A DNA stretch of 64,000 bases. Source: Gracilinanus agilis (lineage: Eukaryota). The stretch is taken from NCBI RefSeq assembly GCF_016433145.1, contig NC_058130.1, positions 351,504,787 through 351,568,786 of the forward strand, in the 5' to 3' direction. Of the stretch, positions 50,948-62,240 are shown in pieces. The stretch's first letter is position 1, and every line of letters begins with the position of its first letter. The notes under the pieces are model-generated. The model saw nothing but the letters and a program-made list of their open reading frames with translations. It searched no databases and was not told the DNA's origin. Made by a program: the position numbers and the translations under genes.

Positions 50948-52462
50948 TCATAACAGACTGTGTGCACCTTTCTGAGATCCTCTCTTTGAGGAGTATTTAC
51001 ATTTGGTTTTGGTTATTGGGTAGACATGTCCCACTTCTGATATATTGTAACAATTCATTTTATTCATTTTGGTTATTGTGTCTATCATTGTTTCTATCAT
51101 AGTTTCCATAACTGCTATTCCTAAAATTGCCTTTGTTGTTGTTATTATTATTATAATTAAAATTGTTGTTGTGCCTAACATTGTTCTTAAAATTTCCACC
51201 ATTAATCCTAAAATTTCTAAATACTTGGTTCGACCACCTACAATTGATCATTAGATGTTCCCTTTTCCCACACAAATAACATGGTGGTCCTTGGTTTCTG
51301 TATTCTCTTTGATTTCTATATTCCTGGACTGATGCCAACCCCAAACTGATCTCCCCTTTTTCAAATTTATTTTTTCCTTTTAATTCTTTTATCTACTTTG
51401 TTAGTGCCTCAACTAATTCATTATCATCATTGTCATCTTTCTTTTCATTATGCCCATTATAAACATACATAACTACTCTCTGCAATTCATCTAAGTCCAA
51501 ATTCATCCAATTAGGACAATTTGTTTTAAAATAATTCTTCACTACATGGCAACAGCTCTTAACAAATTGTCGTCTCAGGTGTCTGATGTCTCTTTCTCTT
51601 GTTATGTTTAAATCAATATATCTTTCTCCTAATTCTATTAGTCTGCCCATAAATTTTGATGGATTCTCTCCTATTTCCTGCTTTACTTTTTAAAATTTGT
51701 TCCATGTTCCTGGTCTGAGCACCTTCTCATTGCTGTAATAACTGCCTCTCTACCTTTGCATTATTTTTTGTAGTCATGAGAATAGTTCAAGTTCTAATGA
51801 GGGTCAGTCTGAGGCCAGTAAACAGTTCCCCAAGCTTTGTTCGTAATACTAATGACTTTCTCTTTTCCTCTCTTCATTAATAGTTAATCTAATAAGTAAT
51901 TAAAATTAATTTTTTATTTGCATCAAACTGTTTACAGATGGCTTCTTTTTTTAAAAATTACTGCTATTGGATCCTCCTCAAAGGAAGGAATGCCTTGCTT
52001 AATCCCTCCATATCTTGTGGCGTAAATAATCGGTGGTACCTAACAGTTATTAATTCATTTTCTGGGTTAAAAATTGACACTTCTTGTAGAGGGAAAAAGC
52101 TATTGTCATTCTTTTTCTGTGTTTTCGGTTTAGTTATTTTGATGGAATCAGTAGTAGCAGTGTTAGTGGCAGGTTTGACAAATTTGGTTATAATATCATT
52201 TTGCTTAGAGATGGTTTCAGTTAATCGGGTAATAAAGTCTTCGAGATATATCTAGCTTTGGTTCTGTTATTCTTAAGGTGGTGTCTTTTCTAATTTGACC
52301 AACTATTATGTATAGTTGATACCCCTGAAGCAATCCAGTTAATATAAAAAAACCAAAGAATGGTAGTAGTCTTAGTATGTCTAGAATTGAGTTGTAATAT
52401 CTCATGTAGAATGGGAACTTTTGGAAGTATATAGGAAACTCTTCCTACACCAGCTGCACCAT
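50948..52462 (-). pseudogene. gag: ERV gag (frameshifted, stops)
   Basis: FPLQEV...TVRYHRLFTPQDM; MHR-like ENPSKFMGRLIELGERY; CYLCGKREHLMINC knuckle at 51240-51281; terminal TGA at 50948-50950. Confidence 0.88.
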
Positions 52463-53797
52463 GGTTATCCCTGTTACTTATTAGAATCAGAAGTTGTTAT
52501 AGGTTATTCAAAATCCTTGTGACTTACTAAGCTGTTATAGCTAATAAATATCTATATCCAAGCTGTTATGAGGTAAATATTATTGGTAGAGGTTGATAAA
52601 AGCTGTAGATATCAGTTTGGTACACCAGCAACTCTTATTTATTATAGAGGAGATGTAGGGATAGGAAATAGGAGGTAAGAAATATGATAGCATATCTCTT
52701 AATTCTTATAGTATGTCTAAAATCTTAATCCTATACTAAAATCTCTAAATATCTCGTATCTAAGAATCTTCTTGCCTGACAAAGCAGATCTAAATTTATC
52801 TACTCTGTCTAAATATTATTAGATTTCACTATCTATCTTAACTGTCTAATTGATGAACATTTATCAGTAACAAACTCTTTATATTAATTCTTCTATAACA
52901 GTCAGTTGAAACTGCCTGTCACACACAGACACAAACAGTTCTACAGCTGCTCTCAAAGTGTTGTGGAGAAAAAGTCTTAGATTTAGACCTTTCTCCCTCA
53001 AAGGCCTGAGAAGGAGAAAAAACCCTCAGCAATAGACTTCTTCTCAATCTGTATCTAAATCCCAAACTCTCAAAAGTAACTGTCAGATCTTCTTGACTGA
53101 GTGAACAATATAGCAGCCCCCCAAAACTCCTGCTCCCTGAAAAGCCAAAGAAAATGTAGTACGGCTTCTTAACTGCCCTCTGTCCTTATCAGAACTGTTC
53201 TTAAAAAGACAGAATGAGATTATAAACAAACACTTCTGCTCTTAAAGAGACAGAATAAAATTAAAGAAAACTCTTTATAATACTCATATAGCTTAAAAGC
53301 CTTATCTGCATGGAGCATGGAGAAAGCCATGGAGGCCCTCTTTTTGTAGATGTAAGACTTGAGACCTTTCTAGAAAATAAGATTAAACTTAAACCTTTCT
53401 CCTTAAATTGAAAGGGGCCTGGCAGTCTGCCCTAAAAGCAAAGTGGGTTTGGGGCTGGTATGTGCTCAGAGAGATGGGGCTGTAATGAATGAAAAACATC
53501 CCTCTGGCATTTACGGCCTCCTGAGTTCAAGACTTGTCTCCTTCTGGCTGCTTTACAAAGGTAATAGAGGACAACGGGCTTTAGAAAAGCAAACAGAATT
53601 AGAACAGGACATATCTGAGACTGGACTGGAGAAGATCTGCATGGAGGCAATCTCTACTTGGCATCCATAGAGGAATGAATTGCTCCATCTCTTGGCTTCC
53701 CTGAAAGGAATGAATAATGAACCACTCACAGAGTTGTTCCCCAGCACAAGATCCATCAGGCTGTTAGAAACTACTCCAAAGATGTGTGCCTTAGAAG

Positions 53798-53815
53798 ACC
53801 ACACTCACTGTGCCA
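53798..53815 (-). promoter_or_regulatory. Putative primer-binding site, tRNA-Ser(UGA)-like
   Basis: TGGCACAGTGAGTGTGGT vs the tRNA-Ser(UGA) complement TGGCGCAGCGAGCAGGGT (as recalled): 13/18, two mismatches are CpG transitions. A GTGAGT donor lies about 70 nt downstream (53724-53729), as expected for a retroviral major splice donor. Confidence 0.55.
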
Positions 53816-53934
53816 ACAAGATCTTCTCTGTTATAAGGGTGATTTCTTAGCAAAATGCAGTGGTAGAGTGACTATGGTGCTTCTACATTAAATGATTTAA
53901 TGGATTTTATGCTCATTCTAATAGACAACCCTTT

Positions 53935-54130
53935 AGGGTAGCATAAGATTTTATATATGGTGTCTAATGGATCTTCCTAACAACTCTGTGAGGCAGGGAG
54001 TATAAATACTGTTTGTTCTAGTTTACAGAGGAGGAAATTGATACTTGGGTGACTTATCCAAAATCAAAGGGAACCAGTGAAATAGTTGGGATTTGAAGTC
54101 ATGTATCCTGATCTCAAGCCCCATTCTGTC
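53935..54130 (-). mobile_element. MIR SINE
   Basis: cctaacaactctgtgaggcaggg...gtttacagaggaggaaattga...ggatttgaagtcatgtatcctga. Confidence 0.72.
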
Positions 54131-55089
54131 TCCACTAGATTCTTATTTGATGTTCAGTACTTCATTTCCACAAACTGCATAGAGTACGTTAATTTTCTAT
54201 AATTACAATTTTCTCTATTTGACTTTTGTTGAAAGTTCTCCTATTATCAATTTTATAAGCTAAGCAATGAAGTTAAACTTTTCCCAACAGTAATTAGATG
54301 TCACTTATTACGTAGTTCTTGATTAGACTAATTTACTAAAATAGATAAGGGTGAGACTGATTAAATTGACTTTCATTTTATCTCTTTTATTTATGTGACT
54401 AAAAAGGCATAGTTCCTTAACTGGAATAGCTTGAGAAGAGAGAGCAGGATGTACACAGCCACCACCTAGAATAAACAGTTTTGAGGGCTGCTGAGTATTT
54501 CAGTTAAAGGCAATAACTTAATGTGATGCATAACAGGAGAGGGTTACTCTATTAAGTCTTAAATGTCTCATTGAATATAATGTCCTGCTAGCTGAGGAGC
54601 TCATGGATAGGTTTCCTGTCTTTCTTCATTAAAAAAAAAATTGTATCCGATATTCCTAAGCTTCACCAAATGTGACCTGCAATGAAAAGCATTTCATATG
54701 GATACTACCAAACCAGTTTGTGACCCCAAATCTTGTTTAATTCATAATCCTAAAGAGATATTCACTGGAGGCATATGGCTCTACAAACAAGCTCGCATGT
54801 GAAGAGCAGGGTTTTACATAGAACCTTTACTAATTATTCTAACTATCCCTGCCTACTGCTATTAGACAGAGGTGATTCAAAAGGATGTGACAATTTGTGG
54901 TTTTGCAAACTGTCAAACTATAAGGCAAAGCTGACATAAGTAACACATATATACATGTATAAGTATAGATAGTCATACATATCAAGGAAATTAAGGAGAG
55001 AAAGAAAGGCTAACAGTGGAATTTCCAAATCAAAAGTTATGGACATCTTACTAACTTTTAAAGCACAATTCTAAATATTTTTGTAGAAT

Positions 55090-56530
55090 GGTTGGACAAT
55101 TCATACCTTCATCAACAGTACATTAGTGAGACAACTTTCCTATAGTCAAACATTTACTATTTCTATCTTTTGCATTTTTTAATTTCTGGGTATCAGGTGA
55201 GACTAGAACTGTTTGAATTTCTACTATCGTTATTCATGATTTGAAACAATTTTAAATATGGTGGTAAATGGTTGGTGATTATTTTTGCTAAATGTTCACA
55301 TACTTTGTCAACTCATCTTACAGAGAAGGTTTCTTGGTCATATATTTACCTTGGATATCAAACTTTATCAGAAAAATAGTTTCCTTTATTATCCTAAATG
55401 ATTTTGTTTGTGAAATAGCTTTTCAATTTTATATAACTAACATCATAGCTTTTATTTCTGTGTTTGATATAAATTCATCTCGGTCATGTAATAATTAGAG
55501 CCAGCTGATCAATGTTATGATAGAAGGGAGATAGAGAGTCTATGAGGTGAGAATCTCTTCTAGCTCTCCTGCTGAATATACACTGGGAGACTTCAAGGGG
55601 ATATCAACCCAAAACTGGGTGACCTGGATGGCTGTGCTACCCCACAGGATGGAGGCAGCCAGACCGAGCTGTGGTTCCCCTCCCCCTCGTTGTCTTTCAG
55701 GCACTCTGGAACACTATCTGACTAATGAATGGCTTTTGTTATTTGCAATTCAGGAGTTAGGGAAAGGGGTGAAGGGCAGAGGGATTTTGGGGTGCCCTTT
55801 TCTCTATTTCTATGGGGTTCATCACTTGGGAGGGAACCTTTGGGGTTCCCACTCCCAAGATTCTTCCCCTGCCCCTTCTCCTTCTGTTTCTATTTCTATC
55901 CTTTTCTATAATTGCAAGTTAGACCGGAAAGGGTCTCTCAGCAAGGTTGGATAATGGGAGAAGGAGCCTAAGAGACTGCTCCAAAATAGAGTCCAAACAC
56001 TTATATAACTTGATTTTTGAAGTCTTGATGGGTGAGATGCGAAGGAATGGCTACAATCAGGGAATCGGGGTATCAATGTGCAAAGAAAGATCCTGAGGAA
56101 GCCCTCAGGTCTGGTTCCAAGCTGGGATGTCCTCCTTCTCTCTCAGTCCTCCACCAGAAGCCCCTCTCTTCTTCTTCCTCCAGAGAATTTCCCAGAATTC
56201 TCTCTGGTCTCTCAATTCTCAGTGACTGTCACCAACTGTCAGGCACTCCTTGTCTGGCTCCTTTTGTCCCATCCCCATTGTACAAATCCCATCCTTACAG
56301 TCACAATGGATGATTATTTCAAAAAAAGGTTGTAATCTTTTTGTTGTGATTTTCTTAATATTTTTACATCAATATTCACTAGTGAAACTGGTCTATGGAA
56401 TTTTTTCTCTGGTTTAGGTATCACACCTGTATTTTTCCAATAAAAATTTTAGTAGAATTTTTTTTCTGTTATTGAGAATAATTAGTGCATTATAGGTACC
56501 AAATGGTCTTTAAATGTGTGATATAATTCA
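55090..56530 (-). mobile_element. Very old L1 ORF2 fragment interrupted by an LTR
   Basis: L1-like antisense sequence on both sides of the LTR (55200-55500 and 56305-56530). Confidence 0.5.
55513..56299 (-). mobile_element. Solo LTR (~790 bp)
   Basis: TGTTATG...CCTTACA termini and a GC-richer, LTR-like block. TATA-like ttatataag and AATAAC on the minus strand. No clean TSD; orientation is tentative. Confidence 0.68.
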
Positions 56531-56934
56531 CTTGTAAATGAATCTGCAACAGAGTTTGGATTTTCCTTTCATAGTCCTTCTATGGATCTTTCTTTCTAGA
56601 GAGACAGTACTTTCCAGATACAGAATAAGGAAAGATTTTTTAAATTCAGATTTGTAATTTAATTGGAACAGGGAACTATTCCCTCTATTAACATAGAACC
56701 TACTCTGAAACTGTTCCACTGAGGCACTGAGACATTAAGTTAAGACTTGCCCTGGGACATATCACCAGGATGTGTTAGGAAGAATCTAAGTCCAGGTTTT
56801 CCTGACTCCAAGTCTGATTCTCTCTACTTTCTATACTATGCCACTTTTCTTTCAAATCAAGATATATTTAACATAAAATCAAGATATAGCCAACCCTTTC
56901 AGGCATGTCTCTAGGGAAGCTTTTGAACAGTTAC

Positions 56935-57044
56935 CTGTTCTTCCCGGGATGATCCTTTCTTTGGCTGTTGCTTCTTTAAAACTTCGTATTTTTTCTTTTC
57001 TCTTCTATATTCTGCAACAGCACTATCAGAAGCATCATCTTCCT
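56935..57044 (-). CDS. CWC27: CWC27 internal coding exon (human exon 12 equivalent), 110 nt
   Basis: The minus strand reads ctccacag|AG GAA GAT...GAA CAG|gtaac and encodes (E)EDDASDSAVAEYRREKKKYEVLKKQQPKKGSSREEQ. This matches human CWC27 EEEAPPDGAVAEYRREKQKYEALRKQQSKKGTSREDQ. Canonical AG/GT sites; ends in phase 0, compatible with the next exon. Confidence 0.96.
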
Positions 57045-57416
57045 CTGTGGAGTAAATAAATATTTAAAAATATAGTTAAAAATTTCAATTTATTGTATTA
57101 TTCTAAGATTGCTTATGCTCCTAGAGACACATGGAAAGACATATCAACTGCTGAAAAGGGAAGGAGAACAAGGAAAACAACATACATAATGAGTATTGTA
57201 ATGTAAATGGGAAGAACAAAACCAAGTAATCAAAACTGAATGTAGTTAAAATAAATAATAATTAAACTTGGCTCCAAAAAAGAAATATGAAAAGATTCCT
57301 CTCCCTATTCCTTTAAAGATGAAGGGATTTTGTAGGTATTAGACAGAATATATATATTATCAAACTTTTTCAGTATGTTGATTGGTTTTCTAAGTTGTTT
57401 TTCCTCTTTCACTTTT

Positions 57417-57615
57417 TTTTTTAAACCCTTACCTTCTGTCTTGGAGCCAATACTAAGTATTGGCTTTAAGGCAGAAGAGTGGTAAGGGTAGGCAATGGGG
57501 GTCAAGTGACTTGCCCAGAGTCACACAGCTGGGAAGTGTCTGAGGCCAGATTTGAACCTAGGACCTCCCATCTCTAGGCCTGGCTCTCAATCCACTGAGC
57601 TACCCAGCTGCCCCC
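57417..57615 (-). mobile_element. Young SINE1-like SINE ~370 nt upstream of the exon 12 acceptor
   Basis: TSD TCCTCTTTCACTTTT at 57402-57416 and 57616-57630. Confidence 0.95.
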
Positions 57616-58239
57616 TCCTCTTTCACTTTTTAAAAATCTTTGCTAAGGCATGCCTCCATGGAGAATAAAGGCAAGGAATGCGTGGAGAAATTTAGCTGAT
57701 ACAAAAAATAAAAGATATCAATAAAAATCTATTTTTAAAAAAGGAAAATATATGAAATCTGCAAAATGAACCTAAAAGTCTTACTACTCCAAATTCTTTT
57801 CTCAGTGAATACCAACTACCCTTCAAGGTATAACTTATCCTTCAAGGGTGTGGAGGTTTTAAGATTTGCTCCTTCTAAGCCGCCATCTTCCCAGAATTCT
57901 CTTAATTCATTTTTAAATAATAGTTTTTGACTATCTGGTGAAAACTGTGGCCCTCTTCTCAGAATAATGTTGGTTTTTTTTTAAAAGTTCATAATTGAAG
58001 AAAATGTTAAAATTCAGTTAGAAGTTAGTGAAAATGAAGATGTAATTTTTTCCTCCAAATTCATGGATCCCTAAAATCTAACAACAGATATGGATTCCGA
58101 AGTGAAGAACCCCTGCTTAATAAGGCTATTCCTTCTCAATTAAATTCATACCAATGCATCTACTACATGAAAGACAGTGGGAATTTACAATATAGTAGGG
58201 GAAAAAAGACATACATAACTAAGAACACTGCAATTTAGA

Positions 58240-58430
58240 AACCGATTAAGTGCACAAGAGATTGCTTGTACAAAGATCTAGGGACCTACACAAGGGAAAA
58301 TCTATACCACTGGAATAGGGACTGGGGCTAGACCTGGGATTTCAGTGTTAAAGGAAACTCCTATTGAGAAAACTCCCTCAGCCAATGCAGGCTAGCACCT
58401 TTCTGCAATTTATGAATAAAAGGCTAAATC
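58240..58430 (-). mobile_element. Mar-type SINE
   Basis: gacctgggatttcagtgttaaaggaaactcc...ccaatgcaggctagcacc, the antisense of the tail seen at 1640-1735. Confidence 0.6.
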
Positions 58431-60929
58431 ACTGTTGAGATGAAAAGCTTCTGGAATGTAGTATTATCATTATATTTGGCTTAACTAAAACCGAAATCAT
58501 TGGAGGAAAACTGGGGTTTTGCTCTCTAAAATTGGACCTGGTCCTTTTCCCCTCAGGCACATTGAGCAAGGTGTGTTTTGTGATAAATGCCATGGATCAA
58601 TAGACTTAGAGCTTAAGGACTAAAGGGTTACATTCATTTCAAAATGGTTTGGCACTTATATAGGAATGGTTATTAAGCTTATTACAGCTCCCTTTAGTTT
58701 CAACTACTTGGATATAGTCTGAGGATTTTCTTTTGAGTGGAGTTATTGAAAATTCCGCTTTAATTTGATTCATAAGATTTCTCCAGCTATACTGGATAAC
58801 AGAGTAGGAGAATTCCGTTTACTTCTAACCAAAGATATATAAATAAAATTAGAGGGGAAAAGCAACAACAATGCCACAGGAGGATGGTGTGTATGCTAGA
58901 ATATAATAAAAATGTTTTGGGTATGGTCTCACTAATTCATCTTTTGCCATAATATACAATCTTATTAGTGAAACATGTAGCAGTTTGGCTTGTGCTAACT
59001 TTATCTTGTGATAGTTTTCTCATAAACAGCCATAAAGTAGAAACACATGTTCCCATGAACAATCATGAAGAGCAACTTGATGCTACTTTATGTGTGCATG
59101 CCCACACGCATGATTAAATTGATGCAACTCCAAATAATTAAAATTCCACACAACTACCGGACGTACAGTGACATAGCAGGACAAATATTTGATTGTTTTT
59201 TTCACTAGAGTAGAAAGAGAAGAAATATCTTAAAGAAACTGATTTTAACTTGAGCATTAAGGAAGGCAGGAAGGTAAAAGAAAGAGATAAAAAGCGGTTT
59301 TCAGAGATTCAGTCCTTCAGTGGTGGTAATATCAATCTATAACATTTTTAGATTTTTTTCTAGATTTCTTTCATTCATGTAAAAACAGCTGCCCTGTCCA
59401 AAGAAATATTCAGGACTACTTTACTGTCAACAGGATTCCTTCTCAGCTGTGCCATATTTACTAGTGAATTCAGAACAGTTTTGTAAGATAAAACGACAAG
59501 ATTTAGTGAACAGCATTCATAGAAATCAGAGGTGAGAAAGAGGCATTAGGTCATTTATTTTTTCCACCTGCAAATACCAATGAAAAGCTGAAAAGCAAAA
59601 CAAAGTTTTGTATCCAGAATCAAGATCACAGTATTTATTAGCAAAGGAAGACTGACTTGATCCAGAAAATCTTTTTGAGGTCAGAAAATCTGGCTACTAA
59701 TATGTTTCACAGAGTACAGTGATACATTCATTTACCAAAATGGAAAACATCAGGTAAGAATAGGAGCACAATGAAAATCATGGCAAGGCTGTTCTCCTAC
59801 CTCACCCAACCTCACATAAGAATGGACATAAATACTGAAGTCAAGGGCCAAATTCAAGCAGTTTTAGACCACTTGCATACTGTATGGCCCTGCTACTTGC
59901 ATTGGCTATTATTTTTTCTGAGAGTTTTAATCACCAGATTAAAAATGCTCCTCTATACCCCCAAGTTTTTTACTTTAGCCAAAATGAACACGCAAACAGC
60001 TTGAGAACAGCTGTGAGGCCTGCTTGCCTTTCATTATGTACATCTGTGATACCAGCATTAAGTCCTGCCTAAGGTTCCATCTGGACTACATAGAAATAGT
60101 ACAGTTGAAATGCTTTTACATTATATAAACACATAGCAAATGCAATACCCAAATCGAAATGGATGGAAAATCTGGTAGACTGTCCTATTTCACTCCTGGG
60201 TATCAAATCAGTAGGTAAGACTATAAGTTCTAATGAAGGTGACTCTAAAACATTTGGGAACTCAATAAAAAAATAATACCCTCTGAAATTAAAAGGGAAA
60301 AAAACAATATAAAGTATGAGTAACCTCAGAAGTAATCCATCCAGATAAAGTGTATAAATTAGCTGTTGAGATTAATGTTTTCTCAACCATCCCTTCCCTA
60401 TTAGACTGTAATTTGATCAAGATAATGTCATAACCTAAAATGAGGATAATAATAGCACTTATCTCAAAAGGCTACTATGAAAAATAAGATAAGTGGTTTG
60501 TACACTTAAAAATGCAATATATTGACTTTTATTTAGTATTATTACGAACTTTTTCTGTTGGAGTGCAGATAGAAATTTGGTTCTGGGACAAGTTGTTATC
60601 TTGCTGTTATTCTTTTATATTTAATATTGTATAGACTTTTGGTTGGCAGAAAAAATAATTACTTTCTATCATTAAATAAAAGCATTATCATGTACAAAGT
60701 TATCTTAAGGCTTGCTGAAAGTATCCTTGATAGAACTAATAGCAGACACATTTCATCTTGTTCCCATATAATTTTTGCCTCTTCTGCTAGATCTATACAT
60801 TTTTAAAACTTTCCATTCTGTATAACTTGAGAGAAAAATAAGGCAACTTTTATTAAAAAAGTCTACACAGGTCAATGTTATATTCAAGAGATTGTGACAA
60901 TATATACAAATGATTTTTACCAAATTCCT

Positions 60930-62240
60930 TTTATGACACAAATATGGTACTGATTCCAAAACCAGGCAGAACAAGAACAGAAAAAGAAAACTACAGACCA
61001 AATTCCTTAATGAACATAGATCTTTTTTTTTTAAACCCTTAACTTCTGTGTATTGGCTCCATGGTGGAAGAGTAGTAAGGGTGGGCAATGGGGGTCAAGT
61101 GTCTTGCCCAGGGTTACACAGCTGGGAAGTGTCTGAGGCCAGATTTGAACCTAGGACCTCCCGTCTCTAGGCCTGACTCTCAATCCACTGAGCTATCCAG
61201 CTGCCCCCATGAACATAGATCTTAACTAAAATGCTAGAAAAAAGACTACAGCAAGTTATCATGAGGATAATCTACTATGACCAGGTGGTATTTCTGCTAG
61301 GAATGCAAGGATAATATTAGGAAAACCATCCATATAATTGAACATATCAATAACCAAACCAATAGAAACCACATGATTACCTCAATAGAAGCAGAAAAAG
61401 CCTTTGATAAAATACAACACTTATTCCTATTGAAAACACTAGAAACTATAGGAATAGACGGGCCTTTCCTCAAAATAATAAAAAGTATGTATTTTAAACC
61501 ATTAGCAAACATCATTTGCAATGGGGATGAGTTAGAAGCCTTCCCAATAAGATCAGGAGTGAAGCAAGGATACCCATTATCATCTCTATTATGTAATATT
61601 GTACTAGAAATGCTAGCAGTAGCAATTAGAGAAGAAAAAAATTGAGGGGATTAAAGTAGGCAATGAGGAGACTAAACTATCACTCTTTGCAGATGGTCTA
61701 CTTAAAAGAATCCTAGAGAATCAACTAAAAAGCTAGTGGAAATAATTAACAACTTTAGCAAAGTTGCAGGATACAAAACAAACTCCACATAAATCATCAG
61801 CATTTCTATAAATTTCCAATAAAACTCAGCAACAAGAGTTAGAAAGAGGCATTTAAAAACACTCTTAGACTAGATGATATAAAATATTTAGGAAGCTATT
61901 TGCCAAGACAAACACAGGAATTATATGAACACAACTACAAAACACTTTTCACACAATTAAAACTAGATCTAAATAATTAGAAAAACATTAATTGCTCATG
62001 GGTAGGATGAGCAATAACAATCCTACCCAAATTAATTTACTTATTCAGTGTCATATCTATCAAACTACCAAGAAATTTTTTAAAGAATTAGAAAAAATTA
62101 TAACAAAGTTCACATGGAAGAACAAAAGATCAAGAATATCAAGGAAACTAATGAAAAAAAAAATGTGAAGGATGGAGGCCTATCAGTACCAGATCTTAAA
62201 CTGTACTATAAAGCAGTGATCATCAAAACAATATGGTACT
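60930..62240 (+). mobile_element. L1 ORF2 RT fragment (older)
   Basis: ORF 61373-61645 [15 protein letters not shown]...[18 protein letters not shown]; LSLFAD motif at about 61680. Confidence 0.92.
61025..61208 (-). mobile_element. Young SINE1-like SINE within L1
   Basis: TSD ATGAACATAGATCTT at 61010-61024 and 61209-61223. Confidence 0.95.

Larger units (their letters stand above)
48927..53828 (-). mobile_element. Endogenous retrovirus internal segment (class I-like): PBS, leader, gag, pro, RT, partial RNase H; no LTRs, integrase or env
   Basis: Minus-strand peptides for CA/MHR, a CCHC knuckle, the protease, RT (QYPLS, YRFVQDLR, FTVVDLCSAFF, LPQG, FVDD) and the RNase H start (LFMNGSSFIRD). 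The in-frame gag-pro stop is typical of class I. Confidence 0.93.

Noticed and set aside
55547-56335. 135-aa and 85-93 aa ORFs
   Set aside because: They lie within a solo LTR and show no env or gag similarity.
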